A stretch of DNA of 64,000 nt from Octopus vulgaris (lineage: Eukaryota). The notes beneath the pieces are model-generated. The model was given only the letters and a program-made list of their open reading frames with translations, did not search any database and was not told the DNA's origin. The stretch lies in the NCBI GenBank assembly GCA_951406725.2, contig OX597817.1, forward strand, positions 2,046,001 through 2,110,000, given 5' to 3'. Within the stretch, counting starts at the first letter, position 1; each line of letters starts with the position of its first letter. This document shows positions 28,355 through 41,430 of this stretch, piece by piece. The position numbers were made by a program, and so were the translations under genes.

Positions 28355-29966
28355 GCGTTATTTTTTGTCTTTTTTGTTTTGTTATCAGAGCTTTTTTACA
28401 CTAAGCAAAGTGTTCTCTCTTTCCAGAGAGTGGCCGGGGTGTGATTTCAGCAATATTTGGTTACAATTTCTAGCAGTCAAGGTGGCCACGTAGAGACATT
28501 CCTGCTCTTGTTATTTAGCCCTTGTGCAGTCTTGATGTAGCAGCTCAATCAACAAAATGCATTCAAATCGTGACCGTCCTCCGTCACTTTGTATGTCTGC
28601 GACTACAAATCAATATCCAGAGGGTTCGTCCCTCTGTTAAGACTGAGCAGCAAAGAACAAGAGTTTATTTTTTCATAAAGCAATGCCAATAGAGGTGTAT
28701 TTAGGCGAGTGTATGATGATTGCTATTTCTAACAAGTCAAGTGCTAAGTTATATTTTACCATCATAAAAATGCTCGATCATGAAGTTAAAAGACTTTTAA
28801 AATTCCGTTGTTTAACAATACAGTAGAAAGAAGAATTGAAATATTTTTTCTTCTTCTTTTAAATACCGAATGTGTTTTATTTGAGTAAAGAAATCAAAAT
28901 TTGACGTACAAACTGATGTGGAGGCAACTGATACTAACACCAACAAACATTTATTTTCCATTTGTCTTTTCTATTATGGTTCAAGAGCACAACAGAGGTA
29001 ACAATATACCTAGTTCTTTAAGCATATATAGGAAAGTTTGTGTTTATGCATAAAGATATCCATTCATGGTAGGCTCAATCGAAGATTTTGTTTCACTTAA
29101 TTTATAATCAAAATACAAGTGTTCTCTAGTTGTATTTTGTACATGGTGGCTCTTATTAAAAAATAAGTCATGTTTCAAATTTTAATACAACAATCTATTT
29201 GGATTCTTGAGTAAGATGCGCTGGTGTGGCTGTATGATTAACAAGTTCGGCCTCACTTTATCTTCTACTTTATTATCGGGATGGCCAATGTTTTGCGAGT
29301 GAAATTTGGTAAGCAGAAATTACCCATTGTGTGTATGCACGCGTGTACACACAAACACAAACACACACATTTACTTCAGGGATGTGTTTGTATGTGGACT
29401 TTTCCGTGTCTCTCTTTACGCTGATAATGCTTAACAAATATTGTTCTTTGCTTATGTCCCGTAACTTGATATCGATAAGGTAAACTACCAAGCTTAAAAG
29501 GTGACCAAAACTTTTCAAGGGCTTATGCATGGTCGTAGTCCAATGATTGAAATAAGAAAATGAACAAAAGAATAATCAAGAAAATATTATTTTCTCATCA
29601 TATTTCGCCCACGGAAACTACAGTTGAATTTAAAACATTAATTCTTATATGGTGGCGGATAAATTAAACCCACGTCCTTTATGACTTGAATGCAGAATGC
29701 ATTTATAATAAGTTGTTTACTCTGATTAACTGTGATTTTAGAAAACCTATGATCAAAAATGTTCCAGCCACGATCAACCCAATTATCTTACACATTATTA
29801 GTCAATGTGACCGTTTTAAAAATAGTATGATGTGATTTGAGAGAAGTTGGATAATTCTCAATGCATATCTCGAACGATTGAGTAGCGGCTTCTTTGCTGG
29901 TTCGTGTAGAAATCGATCGATATTCTAAATCTTCACAGAATAAAGAAAATAAGACAGAAAAAAGTG

Positions 29967-30042
<76 letters not shown>

Positions 30043-30365
30043 CGCAATAATGAACGTTAGTTTACAAAGACAACTTAATTACGGAAATATTTGGGTCCTT
30101 GATCAGTGTGATTATCAGCGTGAAAGGGCGAATTAAACATTTTATTTCAACAGATAAGCTAGTGACCTTTTAAAGGGTATGTTTAGTTAAACAACGTTGG
30201 CTATTTTGGTATAGTCACACTTATATACTATGTTAGTGTTGAAAATATTCAAGTTTTTATTACGAAGCATAAAGAAACACTGAAGGAAATTAATAATTAT
30301 AAATTAAAGAAAATTTTGGAAGTATGAGAAACTCATGTCTGTTTCATTTGAATTGTATTTTACAG

Positions 30366-30461
30366 TAACGAAAGAACAGTTATCAGATACTTCAAGTTAC
30401 CGATGTCTGAAGGTGAAACACGCTAAAATATTCAACGGTACATTTTGGATTTCTCTAAAAG
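30366..30461 (+). CDS. Internal exon encoding the C-terminal half of an Ig-like domain (xTKEQLSDTSSYRCLKVKHAKIFNGTFWISLK)
   Basis: Acceptor ttttacAG and strong donor AAG|gtgagt; 96 nt, phase 1-1, no stop. Contains the D-x-x-x-Y-x-C Ig F-strand motif and an NGT sequon. Confidence 0.65.
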
Positions 30462-30577
30462 GTGAGTTTTCTAAAATCTCCAGCTACATTTTAAAACATT
30501 TTGTGCAGACTTTCAAGGATTAGTTATGTTGAATATTCAATGTGTATTAGTAATAAAAAAAAATAAACCCAAATAAT

Positions 30578-30670
<93 letters not shown>

Positions 30671-30731
30671 TTATAAATAATAGAAATATGTTTCAAAAAG
30701 AAAATAGAAACTACACGTGGAAAATATATGG

Positions 30732-31023
30732 GGAAAGTAAGAAGAAAAAAAAGCGAAAATGCACATTGGAAATCGAAAAAAAAAATAAAGGCTTTTTATG
30801 AATAGTAGCGATAAATAAATAGAATTAGATGAACTGAAGTAGATTTAAGAGGAATTGAATTCATTATTTTGAATTGTTAAAGAGATTCAAAATAATGAAT
30901 TCAATTCCTCTTAAATCTACTTCAGTTCATCTAATTGTATTTATTTATCGCTACTTTTCATAAAAAGCCATTATTTTTTTGATATTCAATGTGCATTTTC
31001 GCTTTTTTTTCTTCTTACTTTCC
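30732..31023. repeat. Long inverted repeat (~140-bp arms, ~10-nt spacer)
   Basis: 30732-30874 is the near-perfect reverse complement of 30885-31023. Confidence 0.92.
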
Positions 31024-31049
31024 AAAGTGGTTGGATGTTTAAAAAAATT

Positions 31050-31278
31050 AAAAAGAGTGAAAAAACTACAGAAGGCTTGTGTTATAAGGTTAAAGAATAT
31101 ATTTAAGTCGTTATGTTAGAAAAATGTTAGAAAATTTTGTGTATAGGAACGAAACCGGTTATTTCTCCCAAAACTATGTTACTATACACAAGATTTTATA
31201 ATATTTTTCTAACATAACGACTTAAATATATTTTTTAACCTTATAACACAAGCCTTCTGTAGTTTTTTCACTCTTTTT
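31050..31278. repeat. Second inverted repeat (~100-bp arms, ~27-nt spacer)
   Basis: 31050-31150 pairs with 31178-31278. The spacer begins gaaaccggtt. Confidence 0.9.
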
Positions 31279-31393
31279 TATTTCATATATATATATATAT
31301 ATTTCTATACGAAAAATATATAGTCTAACGACTAACTCGTCCTTTGTGCTAGGCCACTGGTAATAATAATTTATTTTATTACCCTATTTTATT

Positions 31394-31443
<50 letters not shown>

Positions 31444-31469
31444 CCCTAACCACTAAACCACGTGCCTTC

Positions 31470-31727
31470 GTAAGTTCGTGAGTTCAAATCCCAGCGAAGT
31501 GTTGTGTCCTTGAGCAAGACACTTTATTTCACGTTTCTCCAGTCCACTCAGATGGCAAAAATAAGTAATACCTGTATTTCAAAGGGCCAGCCTTGTCACA
31601 CTCTGTGCCACGCTGAATCCCCCTGAAAGCTACGTTAAGGGTACACGTGTCTGTGGAGTGTCCAGTCACTTGCACGTTAATTTCACGTGATCGTACCAGT
31701 TGGGACCCTCGTCGTCGTAACCGACGT
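31470..31727 (+). mobile_element. tRNA-derived CORE/V-type SINE (family C), head truncated
   Basis: B box gagttcaaatcc followed by gttgtgtccttgagcaagacactt. Tail shared with 31780-31905. Confidence 0.7.
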
Positions 31728-31737
31728 ATGTATGTAT

Positions 31738-31772
<35 letters not shown>

Positions 31773-31779
31773 TCGTGAC

Positions 31780-32101
31780 ACTCCGTCGGTTACGACGACG
31801 ACGAGGGTTCCAGTTGATCCGATCAACGGAACAACCTGCTCGTAGAACTAACGGGGAGAATCAGCGTGGCATAGAGTGTGACGAAGCTGGCCCTTTGAAA
31901 TACAGGTACAATAGAAACAGGAAGAAAGAGTGAAAGAAAGTTGTGGTGAAAGAGTACAGCAGGGTTCGCCACCACCCGCTACCGGAGCCTCGTGGAGCTT
32001 TAGGAGTTTTCGCTCAATAAACACCCACAGCACTCGGTCTGGGAATCGAAAACGCGATCCTACGACCGCGAGTCTGCTACCCTAACCACTGGACCATTGC
32101 G

Positions 32102-32103
<2 letters not shown>
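31780..32103 (-). mobile_element. tRNA-derived SINE sharing the family C tail, in opposite orientation
   Basis: Minus-strand head gcgcaatggtccagtggttagggtagcagactcgcggtcgtaggatcgcgttttcgattccc has A and B boxes. The tail is the reverse complement of 31573-31725. Confidence 0.75.
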
Positions 32104-32156
<53 letters not shown>

Positions 32157-32757
32157 TGTATATACTACAGTTGTATCTTGAAAAAAATCAGGTAAAAATA
32201 AGATATGTTCTTCATTTCAATTAACTTCCTGTTTTAAAGAGCTAAAGGAACTTTATACTGCGAAACCTTGTTTAAATAGAAACCTCTGAAATAAAAAAGA
32301 ACATAAAGCAATAAACATGTCTATTGTTTTAGGATCGTTAACACGCCGAACAAAAAGCTTGTAATCGACTTACACCCTTTCCCGAACTTGCTGGCCTTGT
32401 GCCAAAATTTGAAATGAATATTAACCGTAAATTAAGTGCTCCAGAAGAAAATAGGAACAAACGTTGAAAATTGTTAGAGCAAATAAATCACAACATTAAT
32501 TTCGAATATTTCACTTTGGCAAATGATCAAGAGAAATGAAATGTAAATACTGTCTTTACATTTAACCCGAGTACGAGATGAAATGTAAAAAACGATATTT
32601 GTTTTATCTCGAAAGACAAGCTTAATGGAGAGGACTCTATTAAGCTGTGCCTGGCAAATTAGATGTGGAATACAATGTTTGTCAGAAGTAACTTTATTCT
32701 AAACTGTTTAGGCCATTATATTATGAACGTTATTAACAACAACAATAGGAATAATAT

Positions 32758-32950
32758 TGGTTTCAAATTTTGGCACAAGCCCAGCAATTTCAGAGGAAGG
32801 GGTAAGTCGATTACATGAAACCCCAGTGTTCAACTGGTACTTATTCTATCGACCCCAAAAAGGATGAAATGCAAAGTCGACTGCGACAGAATGTGGAGTC
32901 AGAACGCAAAGACGGACGGAATGCCGCTAAGCACTTTGACCGGCGAGCCA
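32758..32950 (-). mobile_element. SINE family A, diverged
   Basis: Reverse complement of the family A core with the alternative ...gtgccaaaatttgaaacc tail. Confidence 0.75.
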
Positions 32951-33169
32951 AGGAATCTGTTAGTTTTCCATCGAACGATGATAACAACAACAACAACAAC
33001 AATAATATGGAAGAATAGCCCCGTACTGAATAACAACATGGACGTGTTACACAAGGCTCCCCATTCAAAAACAAATCTAATCCAATAACATCGATGGAAT
33101 TAGATAAAGGAACCTATAGAAGACTTGAAGGATGCAGTCTTTTAACGAACATAATAATAATAATAATAA

Positions 33170-35550
33170 ACGAAATTTTGCTACCATACAAAGCACAGTT
33201 TCTCCTACGAACGATGCCTCAGTGAAACATGTGCGAAACACACACACACGAAGTCAACGCCGGAAAGTTTACAAATTATAAAATAGAAATGGAACAAAAT
33301 TGGAAGTGCAGAAATTGAATAATTACGCATACACTCGAATGTCTACACAATCATATATACATTTTGATATCCACAGGACTACACATACATCTCAATGTTT
33401 ACACAACTACGTGAAATTTACAGGACACACATTCATGCATATGAAAACACGTGTCACAAACGAAGCAAAAATCAAAAACAAAACTTTTTTCCGTTTTTCT
33501 TTTTTTATTTTTCGAACTAACACAGACAGAGCGAACCATTCATAAGTTTAAATCATCGCAAAAAACAAAAAAAAAAAAAACAACAACGTTCGGAGATAAA
33601 CCTATAAAAAAATACAGACGAATACAGATCTGATAGTCTTAAGAAGCTACGGTACGAGCAATGTTTATATGCAGAGAACTTGGTGACAGTGTTGTCTCAA
33701 AAAATTGTCCCTAAACAGACAAATCCGTCCCCTAATGTCAACGTCGAAGCTCGTCATGCCTCAATGATAACAAATCAAATTACAAAGCAGATTAGTCGTC
33801 GACCGGATCACAAAGGTCCACGTACTCGATATAGATCTGTTAGCCTTAAGAAGCTACGGTACGAGCAATATTTACATACAGAGAACTTGAAGACGGTGTT
33901 GTCTCAAAAAATTAACCCTAAGCAGACAGATCCGTTCTCTAATGTCAACGTCGAAGCTCGTCATGCCTCACTTTAACAAAGCAAAATAGAAACCGGAATG
34001 GTCATCGACCGGATTACAAAAGGCCACGTATTCGAATGAGAAACCAGATTCGAGTCCGAAAATCAGCTACTGGTTCAAACCTTCCTGATACACAGAAGCT
34101 GGAAGTACCCCACAACTGGAATATTCCAACCGATGGCCATCCATGCTCGTCATCAAACAACCAAAAGAAAAGTAATGAAAAATGGTCTAGGGAAGTTAAT
34201 AAAGAAGTTCTTACGGCCTTCTACCATGCCACATATTTCCCCACAAATAAATCTAATACTGTACACATCTACTTAAACTGGAGACAGAAATACCTTGAAG
34301 TAAGACCCTACATGAACAGTAACAAACTTGCCAACGTCAGAAGAAATATTATGAAAAAAAATTACTAATTGAAGTAGAGATTGACCAAATTAAACAATCA
34401 GTAAAGGATAAAAAGAACGAAGCTGCAGGTAAAGAAGATACTACAGAGGAAATAATTATAGACCAACTCAGGGCTGCTGAAAATGCAGTAATGATTGAAA
34501 GAGTTAATATAACTAATAAGCAGAGTGAAATACTCTCTGAACCAACCATAAACGCTAAAGCAGATGAAAATTAAATAGAAATTGACCCAACAGTACTACA
34601 TGATCTAAAAAAAAATCAAATCATGATTGAATGGCTGAAAATTAAAGAAACCAGTATGAATGAACGCGATACTCTCCCAAAAGTTCGCAATTCTAACCAA
34701 AACCTGAAAATAATTGGTAAAATCCGCTTTGCACTTAAGGATTTAATTTCAGCTAATGATGTAGATATTACATATCTCAACCATCAGTACTATGCATCCA
34801 CGAAAATCTCAACGATTCTATGTGGTGAAAAAATTACAAAACGCTAACATTCCCACAAAAAGCCTTCTTGGTAAGGGCGTATTCAACACCAAATTAAGCT
34901 ACTTAAGTTTAACAAGACTATCAAACCTACAAAAACCCGAAAGTTAAAGAGATAATATAGTATGAAAACCATATTTGACATTGATACCACCATAGACACC
35001 ATGAAGCAAAAGGTATGTGTTAAAGCTACCCGCATAGCAAGGTATGAAAAGAGTGTTAGATTCTTCAAGGACAACAACATGTTCAAAAATGTTTACAGGA
35101 AAATTGGGAAGATACCAGTTACAGTAAAGACTGTCCCATCAAAAGAAGAAGTGCAGGAATTTTGGAATAAAATTTGGGCAGAAGAAAAAATACACAATGA
35201 AAAGGCTCCTTGGATTGATAGAATATTTACAGACTTAGACTCCTTAGAGGAGCAAAAGTAGGAGGATGTCAAGGTAGAAGATATAAGATCTGCTCTCAGG
35301 AGGTCAAGCAAATGGAAGTCTCAGGAAAGGATAAAATTCCTAACTTCTGGTTGAATGCCTTCCCAGAGAGCCATGAACTACTAACAAAACTTTACAACGA
35401 TGTTTTGCAACATCCTAGTATGATCCCCTCTTGGCTAGTTAATAGTTTAACATTCCTACTTCCAAAAAATGAAGAAACAAAGGAACCAAAATAATTATCG
35501 GCCCATAATCTGCTTAACAACAATTTATAAAACGCTAACATCTGTCCTTA
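33170..35550 (+). mobile_element. Decayed R4/Dong-like non-LTR retrotransposon, 5' half, truncated in the early RT
   Basis: Fragments KWSREVNKEV, KLANVRRNIMKK, FWNKIW...HNEKAPWI, WKxSGKDKIPNFWL, TFLLPK and NYRPIICLTTIYKTLTS, with many stops and frameshifts. There is a ~206-bp tandem duplication at 33626-34035. The 5' boundary is uncertain. Confidence 0.7.
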
Positions 35551-35551
35551 G

Positions 35552-35820
35552 TTTCGTGGACGGGTCTTCCCCAGCACTTCATATCTACAACCATTTCGGT
35601 CTACTGCCATTTTCTCCGTGAGCCCTAACATCCTAAGATCAATCCTCACTACTTCATCTTCAATGCGTACCATCCACTTTCAACGGCAGTCACTTCTGTA
35701 TACAACTGTCTTCACTCATACGCATCACATATCCAAACCAACGCAGTTTCCTCTCCTGAAAACTACATTTAACTCTTCTTATGCCTAACTTTTCTCTCAG
35801 CACAGTTGTGCTTTTTCGAT
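35552..35820 (-). mobile_element. RTE-clade LINE 3' fragment
   Basis: The minus strand translates QERKLRWFGYVMRM, matching the RTE C-terminal RLRWxGHVxRM motif. Confidence 0.65.
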
Positions 35821-36667
35821 CTAGTATATTGTGATAAATACATGTCTAGTGTTGATTTGTAACCTTGCATCATTTCATTGTTTTGCTCTCATTTATAACT
35901 ATACATTGAGAAGGGTTTTATTTCCAAGACTTTAAACACCACTCGTTTTAAGATGAGAAAGTAGATGAAATTAAAGTGTGCTTATCAATACAGATCAGAC
36001 TGCTTACCTTTATTTTTTTATAAATGTATATACATTTTGGTCTGCTTTCTTATTTATTTTTCTTTTCCTTATTTTTGTTCTTAGATCATGTGCGTTTGAA
36101 CAGAAAAATCACGAGGTAGAAAGATACACCAAGAAACAAGCGAGTAAGAAGTTAAAAACAAAACAACAACCACAACAACAGAAATAACCTCACCAACAAC
36201 AAAATAACTGTAGTTCAGTATTTATCAGAGAAAAGTTGATAATCTTAAGCGTTTGTTTGAAATTATACATAAGATGGATGGTGAGTGTTACTTAATCTTG
36301 TTTATCAACACAAAAGTAGGAAGGAGAATGTATGGGCAACTGATGGGCGTAGGGAGCTTTTAGAGTTAAGGGCAGTTAGCTTTAAATATTACAGATTTTA
36401 AAGATTTATTGCCCGATTCAGTTAATGAGGTGAAGGTAAGATATACACTAGTAGCAACACACTTGTCAATTTAAGGTTTGCTCTATGAAGATGGATTTAA
36501 CACGACAATCTATAACTTAGGTAGGTTTTGGTAATGTTAGGAACGGTCCAGGTCATATCTAACATGAAAGACGTACGGGTGTATTAGACACTTCTCAATT
36601 TCAGCAGCGCATATTCAGGTAAACTGTTTTTAGCGCATTGAAGCTTGTAATATTCAAAGCAACTCCA

Positions 36668-36888
36668 GGCGGTGAACTAGCAGAACCGTTAACAAGCCGG
36701 GCAAAATACTTAGTGGCATTTCGTCTGTCATCACGTTCTGAGTTCAAATTTCACCGCGGTCAATCTTGCATTTCATCCCGCTGGGTCGATAAAATAAATA
36801 ACAGTCGATCACAAGTACTTGGATCGGTGTATTCGACATAACCACATTCCCAAAATTGCTGGGCTGCTGCCAAAATGTGAAACCAATA
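36668..36888 (+). mobile_element. SINE family A, diverged
   Basis: Head, gagttcaaatt B box, core and alternative tail. Confidence 0.75.
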
Positions 36889-37718
36889 TTCAAAGCAACT
36901 TTGCATATAGAAGACGGGGTGATATTTTGGAGACTTTTTATTGGAAAAAAAGTGAGTCTTATATACGTTCTATACTTCTTATATACTTATATACCTTCTA
37001 TAATAGCACTTCATGGGCCACAATAACTCACCTGATTAGAAAGCTGATCTTTGCCACGGTTATTGTTGGTTTGTCTGGTATTTCTTAGAGAAATTTGTAC
37101 GAGTATTGTTTGAATGTTTTGGGTTTATTTTCTTCTTTGATATATTTTGCAACACACACACACAGAAAGACAGACAGACACACACACACGTATGTATGTA
37201 TGTATGTATGTATGCATGCATGTATGTATGTATGATTGTGTGTATCTTAATGTATTCTGTTCACCGGCGTTAATTAATTGCAGTAATTTCTCCATAAGAG
37301 GGACTAAATATCTAAATGAACATCATAACTCGATAGGTGTTCTCAGTTGAGTATCAATCTCAACAAATGGGGCCGAAATTAATTAAAGACCCTTGAATGT
37401 GGTACCCCAGTTTGGTAGTAGTGCAGTGATTAAAACTAGCCAGATGCTTAAACGGATTGTAAATCAACTTAGCTTGAACATGTAATCGAAACTATTATAT
37501 GAATTGGTTTATGTAATGTAATGCTGCTTACTCCGCACGGCCAGACATTGGTTACTACAGCACAATCACACACATATACTAACGGAGTACCGACAATCCA
37601 GCGCCGATAATTCAGCGCATGTGATATATGTAATTTAATATTATATTATATTGGTGTTGGTTGTATATCTAAAACACATGTACATGCAACCTACAAACAC
37701 AGCAGTCATAGAATAGAT

Positions 37719-37952
37719 GGATCCAAACAACGGCAGTAATTTTATTCAGCTGAATACACGTCATTGATTGGTTGAAATTACCGGAATACGAGAACTTTAA
37801 CGTGAAATAACTTCGTAAATATAAGTTTTTCTCAAAAATGCTAAGAGTAAAAGATGTTTTATATGACACAATCTACCAGTGTCCGAAGTTTGAAAGTGTT
37901 TAGTTACAAAAAATTATTTTTTTCAAATCTGTAGGTCAAAAGGTAAAAATCC
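37719..37952. mobile_element. Merlin-like MITE with 8-bp TSD
   Basis: GGATC...AATCC ends; TSD GAATAGAT at 37711-37718 and 37953-37960. The interior is an inverse homologue of 27960-28115. Confidence 0.75.
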
Positions 37953-38110
37953 GAATAGATTAACAATACATAAACAAAAATCATACATACACATGAAACA
38001 CACATCAGCAAGAAATATAAACATATATACTCATCCCATACGAAACGTCAACTATACACCTTTTGAATTTCCTATGAAAATTTAACTAGCTAACTACTGG
38101 TTCAAAGTAG

Positions 38111-41100
38111 TTTAGTATTTATTGCTTTTTAAACATCTTGGGTCAGTAGAGAGAGACTAACGGTGAATCAATCTTACTGATCCGTTGTTTAGTATTTATT
38201 GCTTTTTAAACATCTTGGGTCAGTAGAGAGAGAGACTAACGGTGAATCAATCTTACTGATCCGTTGTTTAGTATTTATTGCTTTTTAAACATCTTGGGTC
38301 AGTAGAGAGAGACTAACGGTGAATCAATCTTACTGATCCGTTGTTTAGTATTTATTGCTTTTTAAACATCTTGGGTCAGTAGAGAGAGACTAACGGTGAA
38401 TCAATCTTACTGATCCGTTGTTTAGTATTTATTGCTTTTTAAACATCTTGGGTCAGTAGAGAGAGACTAACGGTGAATCAATCTTACTGATCCGTTGTTT
38501 AGTATTTATTGCTTTTTAAACATCTTGGGTCAGTAGAGAGAGAGACTAACGGTGAATCAATCTTACTGATCCGTTGTTTAGTATTTATTGCTTTTTAAAC
38601 ATCTTGGGTCAGTAGAGAGAGACTAACGGTGAATCAATCTTACTGATCCGTTGTTTAGTATTTATTGCTTTTTAAACATCTTGGGTCAGTAGAGAGAGAC
38701 TAACGGTGAATCAATCTTACTGATCCGTTGTTTAGTATTTATTGCTTTTTAAACATCTTGGGTCAGTAGAGAGAGACTAACGGTGAATCAATCTTACTGA
38801 TCCGTTGTTTAGTATTTATTGCTTTTTAAACATCTTGGGTCAGTAGAGAGAGACTAACGGTGAATCAATCTTACTGATCCGTTGTTTAGTATTTATTGCT
38901 TTTTAAACATCTTGGGTCAGTAGAGAGAGAGACTAACGGTGAATCAATCTTACTGATCCGTTGTTTAGTATTTATTGCTTTTTAAACATCTTGGGTCAGT
39001 AGAGAGAGAGACTAACGGTGAATCAATCTTACTGATCCGTTGTTTAGTATTTATTGCTTTTTAAACATCTTGGGTCAGTAGAGAGAGAGACTAACGGTGA
39101 ATCAATCTTACTGATCCGTTGTTTAGTATTTATTGCTTTTTAAACATCTTGGGTCAGTAGAGAGAGACTAACGGTGAATCAATCTTACTGATCCGTTGTT
39201 TAGTATTTATTGCTTTTTAAACATCTTGGGTCAGTAGAGAGAGAGACTAACGGTGAATCAATCTTACTGATCCGTTGTTTAGTATTTATTGCTTTTTAAA
39301 CATCTTGGGTCAGTAGAGAGAGACTAACGGTGAATCAATCTTACTGATCCGTTGTTTAGTATTTATTGCTTTTTAAACATCTTGGGTCAGTAGAGAGAGA
39401 CTAACGGTGAATCAATCTTACTGATCCGTTGTTTAGTATTTATTGCTTTTTAAACATCTTGGGTCAGTAGAGAGAGACTAACGGTGAATCAATCTTACTG
39501 ATCCGTTGTTTAGTATTTATTGCTTTTTAAACATCTTGGGTCAGTAGAGAGAGACTAACGGTGAATCAATCTTACTGATCCGTTGTTTAGTATTTATTGC
39601 TTTTTAAACATCTTGGGTCAGTAGAGAGAGAGACTAACGGTGAATCAATCTTACTGATCCGTTGTTTAGTATTTATTGCTTTTTAAACATCTTGGGTCAG
39701 TAGAGAGAGACTAACGGTGAATCAATCTTACTGATCCGTTGTTTAGTATTTTTGCTTTTTAAACATCTTGGGTCAGTAGAGAGAGACTAACGGTGAATCA
39801 ATCTTACTGATCCGTTGTTTAGTATTTATTGCTTTTTAAACATCTTGGGTCAGTAGAGAGAGAGACTAACGGTGAATCAATCTTACTGATCCGTTGTTTA
39901 GTATTTTTTGCTTTTTAAACATCTTGGGTCAGTAGAGAGAGACTAACGGTGAATCAATCTTACTGATCCGTTGTTTAGTATTTTTTGCTTTTTAAACATC
40001 TTGGGTCAGTAGAGAGAGACTAACGGTGAATCAATCTTACTGATCCGTTGTTTAGTATTTATTGCTTTTTAAACATCTTGGGTCAGTAGAGAGAGAGACT
40101 AACGGTGAATCAATCTTACTGATCCGTTGTTTAGTATTTTTGCTTTTTAAACATCTTGGGTCAGTAGAGAGAGACTAACGGTGAATCAATCTTACTGATC
40201 CGTTGTTTAGTATTTTTTGCTTTTTAAACATCTTGGGTCAGTAGAGAGAGACTAACGGTGAATCAATCTTACTGATCCGTTGTTTAGTATTTTTGCTTTT
40301 TAAACATCTTGGGTCAGTAGAGAGAGACTAACGGTGAATCAATCTTACTGATCCGTTGTTTAGTATTTTTTGCTTTTTAAACATCTTGGGTCAGTAGAGA
40401 GAGACTAACGGTGAATCAATCTTACTGATCCGTTGTTTAGTATTTTTTGCTTTTTAAACATCTTGGGTCAGTAGAGAGAGACTAACGGTGAATCAATCTT
40501 ACTGATCCGTTGTTTAGTATTTATTGCTTTTTAAACATCTTGGGTCAGTAGAGAGACTAACGGTGAATCAATCTTACTGATCCGTTGTTTAGTATTTATT
40601 GCTTTTTAAACATCTTGGGTCAGTAGAGAGAGACTAACGGTGAATCAATCTTACTGATCCGTTGTTTAGTATTTATTGCTTTTTAAACATCTTGGGTCAG
40701 TAGAGAGAGAGACTAACGGTGAATCAATCTTACTGATCCGTTGTTTAGTATTTATTGCTTTTTAAACATCTTGGGTCAGTAGAGAGAGACTAACGGTGAA
40801 TCAATCTTACTGATCCGTTGTTTAGTATTTATTGCTTTTTAAACATCTTGGGTCAGTAGAGAGAGAGACTAACGGTGAATCAATCTTACTGATCCGTTGT
40901 TTAGTATTTATTGCTTTTTAAACATCTTGGGTCAGTAGAGAGAGAGACTAACGGTGAATCAATCTTACTGATCCGTTGTTTAGTATTTATTGCTTTTTAA
41001 ACATCTTGGGTCAGTAGAGAGAGACTAACGGTGAATCAATCTTACTGATCCGTTGTTTAGTATTTATTGCTTTTTAAACATCTTGGGTCAGTAGAGAGAG

Positions 41101-41430
41101 ACTAACGGTGAATCAATCTTACTGATCCGTTGTTTAGTATTTATTGCTTTTTAAACATCTTGGGTCAGTAGAGAGAGAGACTAACGGTGAATCAATCTTA
41201 CTGATCCGTTGTTTAGTATTTATTGCTTTTTAAACATCTTGGGTCAGTAGAGAGAGAGACTAACGGTGAATCAATCTTACTGATCCGTAGTTTAGTATTT
41301 ATTGCTTTTTAAACATCTTGGGTCAGTAGAGAGAGAGACTAACGGTGAATCAATCTTACTGATCCGTTGTTTAGTATTTTTTTGCTTTTTAAATATTTTG
41401 ATTCAACAGACTGAGACTGGCGATGCATCA
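38111..41430. repeat. Tandem array of ~42 near-identical 77-bp units (75-79 bp)
   Basis: Unit tttagtatttattgctttttaaacatcttgggtcagtagagagagactaacggtgaatcaatcttactgatccgttg. Variation is limited almost entirely to GA copy number and a T tract. A degenerate final unit lies at ~41370-41430. Confidence 0.98.

Noticed and set aside
30154-30176. Micro-exon upstream of the Ig exon
   Set aside because: The splice sites look good, but the frame needed to join 30366 begins with TAA. It is usable only through a weak alternative AAG acceptor.
33190-33240. Hammerhead suggested by gaaacatgt
   Set aside because: There is no CUGANGA and no stem II at a suitable distance.
38111-41430. CRISPR-like regular array
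   Set aside because: The units are identical end to end with no unique spacers, there are no cas genes, and the context is eukaryotic. It is a tandem repeat.
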